A stretch of DNA of 23,285 bases, from positions 1 to 23,285 of the forward strand of contig CAXBPH010000091.1 of NCBI GenBank assembly GCA_963977445.1, written 5' to 3'. The position numbers and the translations under genes were made by a program. Position 1 is the first letter of the stretch; each line of letters begins with the position of its first letter. The DNA comes from an uncultured bacterium. GTDB taxonomy: Bacteria > Hydrogenedentota > Hydrogenedentia > Hydrogenedentales > JAEUWI01. Of the stretch, positions 18,684 through 23,285 are shown in pieces. The notes under the pieces are model-generated. The model saw only the letters and a program-made list of their open reading frames with translations. It had not been told where the DNA came from and made no database searches.

Positions 18684-19742
18684 ATGACAAGAATTGCAGA
18701 TAAACGCGAGAATGTATTGGGTCGGCATGCGGTGCTGTTCGCCGTATGCTGTTGGATCGTGTCCTGGGTGCCCCTTGCCGCCCAGGGGCCGGGAATCGAT
18801 TTTTCGAAAACTTGTAGTCTAGCGGTGATGGGGGGCTCCCTATTCCAATATGCCGTACAGAATCAAAGCGAGAACTCGATTTATATCCAACCGCTTGGAG
18901 GGGAGCGGCGAGCGATTTATACCCCTAATGCGGGATTTAGTGACGTCACCCTGTCGCCTTCGTGTCGACGGGTAGCGTTCCTTGAGTCTAACGGTGAAGA
19001 AGAGGATTCTGACCTGAGGATAATTTCGCTGGAAGGTCGGGAGGTGATGATGATTCCCTATGTCCAGACCTACACTTGGGGCGGTACAGAGGCAACGGGC
19101 GACCTTATCGCCTACACCACAGGGACGGATTATGAAGGGGGGCTGGGATTCGTTCCCAAAGGCACTTGGCTGCTCGATATTCGTGAGGGAAGCCGACATC
19201 AAATACATCCCGGAGGATTCTATGCTGCGTGGTCAGTATTTGATCAGAGCTTCTACATCTGGCAGTTGCATTTCATGAACAAAGAACCCAATACGGAGGT
19301 GCAGCGATATAACATCCAACGCAAGGAATTGGAGAAAACGCCCTATCACGGAATTTACTTTAGCCGTGACGACCGATATTTGTATGACGCGGGTTTCGAC
19401 GGAGGGCGATTTCGAGTATTCACGCGGGAAGATAATGTCGAACTGTCCGGTCCCTCCTATAGCGCTTTGCTGGATGTAGGCGGGATCTCTCCTGGCGGGT
19501 GGATCAGTAACTCACACATTGTTTTCGCCGGTTATGCACCAAACAAGCAGAAGTGCTGGATAATTGACCTTGACACCGTGAAGAAGTGGGAAATTGAAGG
19601 CGAAGCATTCGGATTCGCCGACGAGGAAGAGAAAGAACTTCTCCTGTTGGTTGATGGCGAAGTCATTCGACGCAGTTTTGCTGAAGTTGCAACGCAGATT
19701 TACCCAGATCCTGAGGTCACTGTCAGTGCCGGGGAGAATTAG
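18684..19742 (+). CDS. Exported TolB/WD40-like beta-propeller hypothetical protein (paralog B)
   Basis: Likely start ATG 18684 after AAGGGA; signal-peptide-like 'AVLFAVCCWIVSWVPLAAQ'; 'LSPSCRRVAFL' and 'FSRDDRYLY'; colinear similarity to paralog A. Confidence 0.8.
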   Translation: MTRIADKRENVLGRHAVLFAVCCWIVSWVPLAAQGPGIDFSKTCSLAVMGGSLFQYAVQNQSENSIYIQPLGGERRAIYTPNAGFSDVTLSPSCRRVAFLESNGEEEDSDLRIISLEGREVMMIPYVQTYTWGGTEATGDLIAYTTGTDYEGGLGFVPKGTWLLDIREGSRHQIHPGGFYAAWSVFDQSFYIWQLHFMNKEPNTEVQRYNIQRKELEKTPYHGIYFSRDDRYLYDAGFDGGRFRVFTREDNVELSGPSYSALLDVGGISPGGWISNSHIVFAGYAPNKQKCWIIDLDTVKKWEIEGEAFGFADEEEKELLLLVDGEVIRRSFAEVATQIYPDPEVTVSAGEN

Positions 19743-20036
19743 GAAAGAACTATGGACAGGTTACCAATTAACTCGTAAAATAACGGAAATTGACATGGGT
19801 TGACTTCATGAGCCGTGAGCCGTGAGGAGCAAAGCCCGTCTTGCGCGCATGGGCGAAAGGCTGGACGATGAAAGAACGGTTTTGATGGATTGTCCCAATT
19901 GTGGTAAGGCCGTCGAATAGTGAGTATTGGTGAACAGCTCCACTGTCCCGATTTATTCCACTCAAATGGGCGTGCCTATGCAGATTTAATGTTCTCCTTA
20001 ATGGAAGCAAATCCACATGCTTGGGAGTGAATTATA

Positions 20037-21191
20037 ATGGATATCAAAACCATACAATCATATTTCTTTTTGATGGGCGTTTTTCTTACTACTTTTTCGT
20101 TGGATGCTCATTGCGAAAAGGATGAGTCCTTCCGTCATCTCCTCTTCATTGGCGAGTATGGAAATATAGTTCAGTTTGACAAGAGATTCGACCTGGAACG
20201 TAGTTTGGAACGATTAAGAATTCCGATATGGGGTAAGGCTGGTATTCTTAGCTCTACCATTTCCCCGGACCGAACGAGAGTGTTCTTGGGGTATCAGGGA
20301 AAAGAGTCTCCGCTAGCAGTTGTGGATGCGCCCTCGGCTAGTTTAATAGAGCTTTCATTACCTCCTTTTCCGGGGCTCAAAACGCCATATTGGGCCTACG
20401 AACCGACGCGTCTGGTCGCGCTGTCAAATACTTGTGTCTATCTGGTAGACGAGTCGTTTTGGGTTCAGCCCCCCCCATTTGACGCAGTGATAGTGGATCT
20501 CGAGGGGGAAAGAATTCGTAAAAGAACTTTTTCCCGGAGGGAAGTAAATAATTATTTTAGGCAGAGTATGTGTGAGGTTTCACCTGACGGAAATCTCATG
20601 TTCTATGCGGACCCGTATGGAATTCAGCTGCTTGACGTAAAGACCGACACCACAGTGTGGAGCCTCGATCATGGGGCCGAACGCCACGATATCGTAAGCC
20701 GAAAAATAGATTGGGCCACAAAGTCGGTTGAATTGACCTGGGTATTGCACAGCGGAGACAGCGAAATTTATGAATACGTGGTTATTGATCTACAAACACA
20801 AAAGGAAGTCGTTGTTCCTGTCGAGAAGCCCTGGACGATTGAGAACTACAAGCGGGAGACATTTTGGGGGTACTTTTTGACAGCGTATGCGGAGTGCGAA
20901 CAACAATTTACCCCCGGAGATCCGCCCATCTTGAATGATCAGCTTCGCGCCGTAAAAGAGAAGTTAACAGATAGAATCATGGAATTGCTTCCCCATAGTT
21001 TTGCTCAGGTGTATATTTCACCCGATGGCGATTACATTTTGGTGAATAAATATCCCGCCTATGATACGGATAATGTTCCTGGCGGTTGGACTCTGATAGA
21101 CCTCGAGCATGAGGTGACCGTCAGCAATGACTTGGCAAAGGGCATGGTGGGATTCGAAGAGCGATTGATTGGCGTCTATTTTACGAATTAG
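20037..21191 (+). CDS. Exported beta-propeller-like hypothetical protein (not obviously related to A/B)
   Basis: GGGAG RBS; signal peptide; three 'SPD(G/R)' blade motifs (ISPDRTRVFL, VSPDGNLMFY, ISPDGDYILV). Confidence 0.75.
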   Translation: MDIKTIQSYFFLMGVFLTTFSLDAHCEKDESFRHLLFIGEYGNIVQFDKRFDLERSLERLRIPIWGKAGILSSTISPDRTRVFLGYQGKESPLAVVDAPSASLIELSLPPFPGLKTPYWAYEPTRLVALSNTCVYLVDESFWVQPPPFDAVIVDLEGERIRKRTFSRREVNNYFRQSMCEVSPDGNLMFYADPYGIQLLDVKTDTTVWSLDHGAERHDIVSRKIDWATKSVELTWVLHSGDSEIYEYVVIDLQTQKEVVVPVEKPWTIENYKRETFWGYFLTAYAECEQQFTPGDPPILNDQLRAVKEKLTDRIMELLPHSFAQVYISPDGDYILVNKYPAYDTDNVPGGWTLIDLEHEVTVSNDLAKGMVGFEERLIGVYFTN

Positions 21192-21415
21192 TGGCTGATC
21201 TGGTAAGCAGTATGCACAGTGAACCAGGTCACTGGGTGTATCTTTGTGGAGTGCAGGGGAATACAGGGGGCTGGAAGCAGACACTAACAAGGTGGGTAGT
21301 GATCTGCAAAAAGCAAAACTCAGGGAAATTATCGATCTTACAACGGGGATAAAGGTGGACCACCATGATAGCGGCCATTGGCACGTACACCCACCGCCAG
21401 AATAAGGAGAATTTC

Positions 21416-21589
21416 ATGCTTACTTGGCGCAAGATTTCGATACTGATGTTGATGGTGCTTATCTCAAGCCACGCACTGGCCGAGCGCAAGCTGCTGGCGA
21501 AGCCGACGGAAATCATACTGGGAAAAAAAGGACAGTCACCCATAATGGGCATACTCGCTCATACTTACTACACGTTCTTCATGCCTTGA
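21416..21589 (+). pseudogene. Truncated or frameshifted exported protein
   Basis: Strong AAGGAG RBS; clear signal peptide MLTWRKISILMLMVLISSHALA; stops after 57 aa; an A7 run at 21523-21529 links it to an open -1 frame. Confidence 0.55.
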
Positions 21590-21857
21590 TTAGCACAAAT
21601 CGTAGTGGCGGGTCAGCCGTATCGCATCACCCAGCGGCGGGAGAACCGCTAAAAATGAATAATAGGGAGGAACGCGTAGAAAAGTCGGCACGTTGTTGGG
21701 AGTGTATCTCTTCCGCCTGGGTGTATCTTGGACCTACCGTGAAGAACATGTCACCGCGTGAAATTCGGGTCAGGCGGGGACGCCTAGCCTACGTTGGTGC
21801 ACGATTGGGACATAGACGCCAATACTACCGCCCCGATAGGAACCCGTGGCCAGATAG

Positions 21858-21889
21858 AAAAAGCGCGGATAGCCGAAGCTACCCGCGCT
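21858..21889 (-). terminator. Rho-independent terminator of aminotransferase gene
   Basis: Stem AGCGCGGATAGC-CGAA-GCTACCCGCGCT (21862-21889) with a T5 tract on the minus strand, ~25 nt after the stop. A T-run at 21894-21899 on the plus strand suggests it may be bidirectional. Confidence 0.75.
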
Positions 21890-21913
21890 GACGTTTTTTC
21901 CGCTCTGGGAAGA

Positions 21914-23095
21914 CTAGCGATACATGGCCAGGGCGGCCTGGGGGCCTACGCTGCTCTTAATGGGCGCGCCCATGCGGGTCAATACGCTGTCCAGCGCCGT
22001 GAGGCACAGGATGACATTCTTCATCGAGCTGGCGTGACCCATGAGGCCAATGCGCCAGACCTTGCCCGCACCCGCACCGAGGCCCGCGCCGATTTCGAGA
22101 CTATATTCGGTCAACAGGGCCGTGCGAACGGCTCCGTCGTCGATGCCTTCGGGAATCTTCACGACATTCAACTGGGGCAGACGGCAACTTGGGTCCACGG
22201 GCAATTCCAGGCCCATAGCTTCCAGGCCGGCTTTCAGGGCCTGGTGATTGAGGGCATGACGCTCCCAGGAGGCTTCCAGGCCTTCATCCTGCAACATAAC
22301 CAGGGATTCGTGGAGGGCATAGAGGGCGTTGATGGGGGCCGTGTGGTGATAGGCCCGCTTGGCACCCGCGCTGGCCCAATAGCCCATGACGAGGGTCTGG
22401 TCGAGGAACCAACTCTGCACTTTGGTTTTACGACCCATAATCTTATCCTTGGCCCGGGGGCCGAAGCTTACGGGGGAAAGGCCGGGGGTGCAGGAAAGGC
22501 ATTTCTGGCTGCCCGAATAGATGGCATCAATGCCCCATTCATCCACCTTAAGCTCGATGCCGCCGAGGGAGGTGACGGCGTCCACGATGACGAGGGCATC
22601 GTGGGCGTGGGCCAGGGCGGTGAGGGTCTTCGCATCGCTGCGGGCACCGGTGGCGGTTTCGGCGTGGACGAATGCGACAATCTTCGCCTCGGGGTGGGCT
22701 TTGAGGGCTTCTTCCACCTTGTCGGGGCTCGCCGGGCTGCCCCACTCGTCTTCCACGACGACGGCCGTGCCGCCGCAGCGTTCTACATTTTCCAGCATGC
22801 GTGTGCCGAAGACACCATTCTTACAGACGATGACCGTATCGCCGGGCTCGACCAGGTTGGTGAAACAGCACTCCATCCCCGCAGAACCAGGAGCGGAAAC
22901 GGGCATGGTCATTTCATTCTTCGTCTGGAAGGCATATTGGAGAAGGATCTTCATTTCGTCCATCATGCCGATAAAGGCGGGATCGAGGTGTCCGAGGGTG
23001 GGCTTGGACATGGCCGCCAACACGCGGGGGTGTATGTCAGATGGGCCGGGTCCCATAAGGGTACGGGTGGGGGGCGAAAACGAGGTGATGGGCAT
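21914..23095 (-). CDS. Alanine--glyoxylate / serine--pyruvate aminotransferase (class V PLP enzyme)
   Basis: 'LMGPGPS', 'GHLDP.F', 'GSAGME', 'VHAETATG', 'DAVTSLGG', PLP-lysine 'SGSQKCLSCTPG', 'YHHTAP', 'WRIGLMG'; GGAG RBS. Confidence 0.95.
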   Translation of the reverse strand: MPITSFSPPTRTLMGPGPSDIHPRVLAAMSKPTLGHLDPAFIGMMDEMKILLQYAFQTKNEMTMPVSAPGSAGMECCFTNLVEPGDTVIVCKNGVFGTRMLENVERCGGTAVVVEDEWGSPASPDKVEEALKAHPEAKIVAFVHAETATGARSDAKTLTALAHAHDALVIVDAVTSLGGIELKVDEWGIDAIYSGSQKCLSCTPGLSPVSFGPRAKDKIMGRKTKVQSWFLDQTLVMGYWASAGAKRAYHHTAPINALYALHESLVMLQDEGLEASWERHALNHQALKAGLEAMGLELPVDPSCRLPQLNVVKIPEGIDDGAVRTALLTEYSLEIGAGLGAGAGKVWRIGLMGHASSMKNVILCLTALDSVLTRMGAPIKSSVGPQAALAMYR

Positions 23096-23285
23096 GGGGG
23101 CTCTCCAGAATATTACCAGGCGTGGTCAAAACACGCCACAAAACACGGTGTCAATTGAAGGGACAGTATAGAATTGTGGGCACGCTCTTTCCAAGCAATT
23201 GCCAACGGTTCGGTACAGTCACCCCCTGTAGAGTCGTTGTTGCACTGACGTGTTGGTACGTTGTTTCATGCGGGGGATACTGTCC

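Noticed and set aside
18539..21415. Integron cassette array (attC sites between island genes)
   Set aside because: I found no RYYYAAC...GTTRRRY inverted core pairs after the stops, and there is no integrase in the window.
21794..23158. 454-aa plus-strand ORF
   Set aside because: Antisense shadow of the aminotransferase; common in high-GC genes; no motifs or RBS.
23178..23195. Sigma-54-like site GGCACG
   Set aside because: Lacks the GC at the -12 position (GG-N10-CC).

Overview
A high-GC bacterial chromosomal segment. The gene content is Hydrogenedentota/PVC-like, which is a guess from protein style only. Bases 1-16.5 kb are core-type genes: the 3' part of a MoxR/VWA 'Bat' operon (BatB-like end, TPR lipoprotein, a protein carrying a BatC-like tail, BatD, BatE), glnD, a DegP/DegQ protease, a REC-PAS-GGDEF diguanylate cyclase, two tandem paralogous membrane-anchored alpha/beta hydrolases, an MFS transporter, a hypothetical membrane protein and a PQQ-repeat beta-propeller protein. 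The 16.6-17.3 kb spacer is packed with palindromic mobile-element debris: apparent IS200-like left and right ends with no transposase, a ~228-bp nested inverted repeat (REP/REPIN-like) between them, and a second REP-like family. Next comes a visibly lower-GC island (~17.35-21.6 kb) of four co-oriented genes with signal peptides: two paralogous TolB/WD40-like propellers, a third unrelated propeller, and a truncated or frameshifted gene. Each of the four is immediately preceded by a short open frame that looks like the cut-off C-terminus of a missing partner gene; one has a Hedgehog/M15 peptidase-like spacing of metal ligands and one an SGNH-like DxxH motif. My best hypothesis is an array of orphan, exported immunity genes with toxin C-terminal stubs. 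The window ends with a class V alanine-glyoxylate-type aminotransferase on the minus strand.
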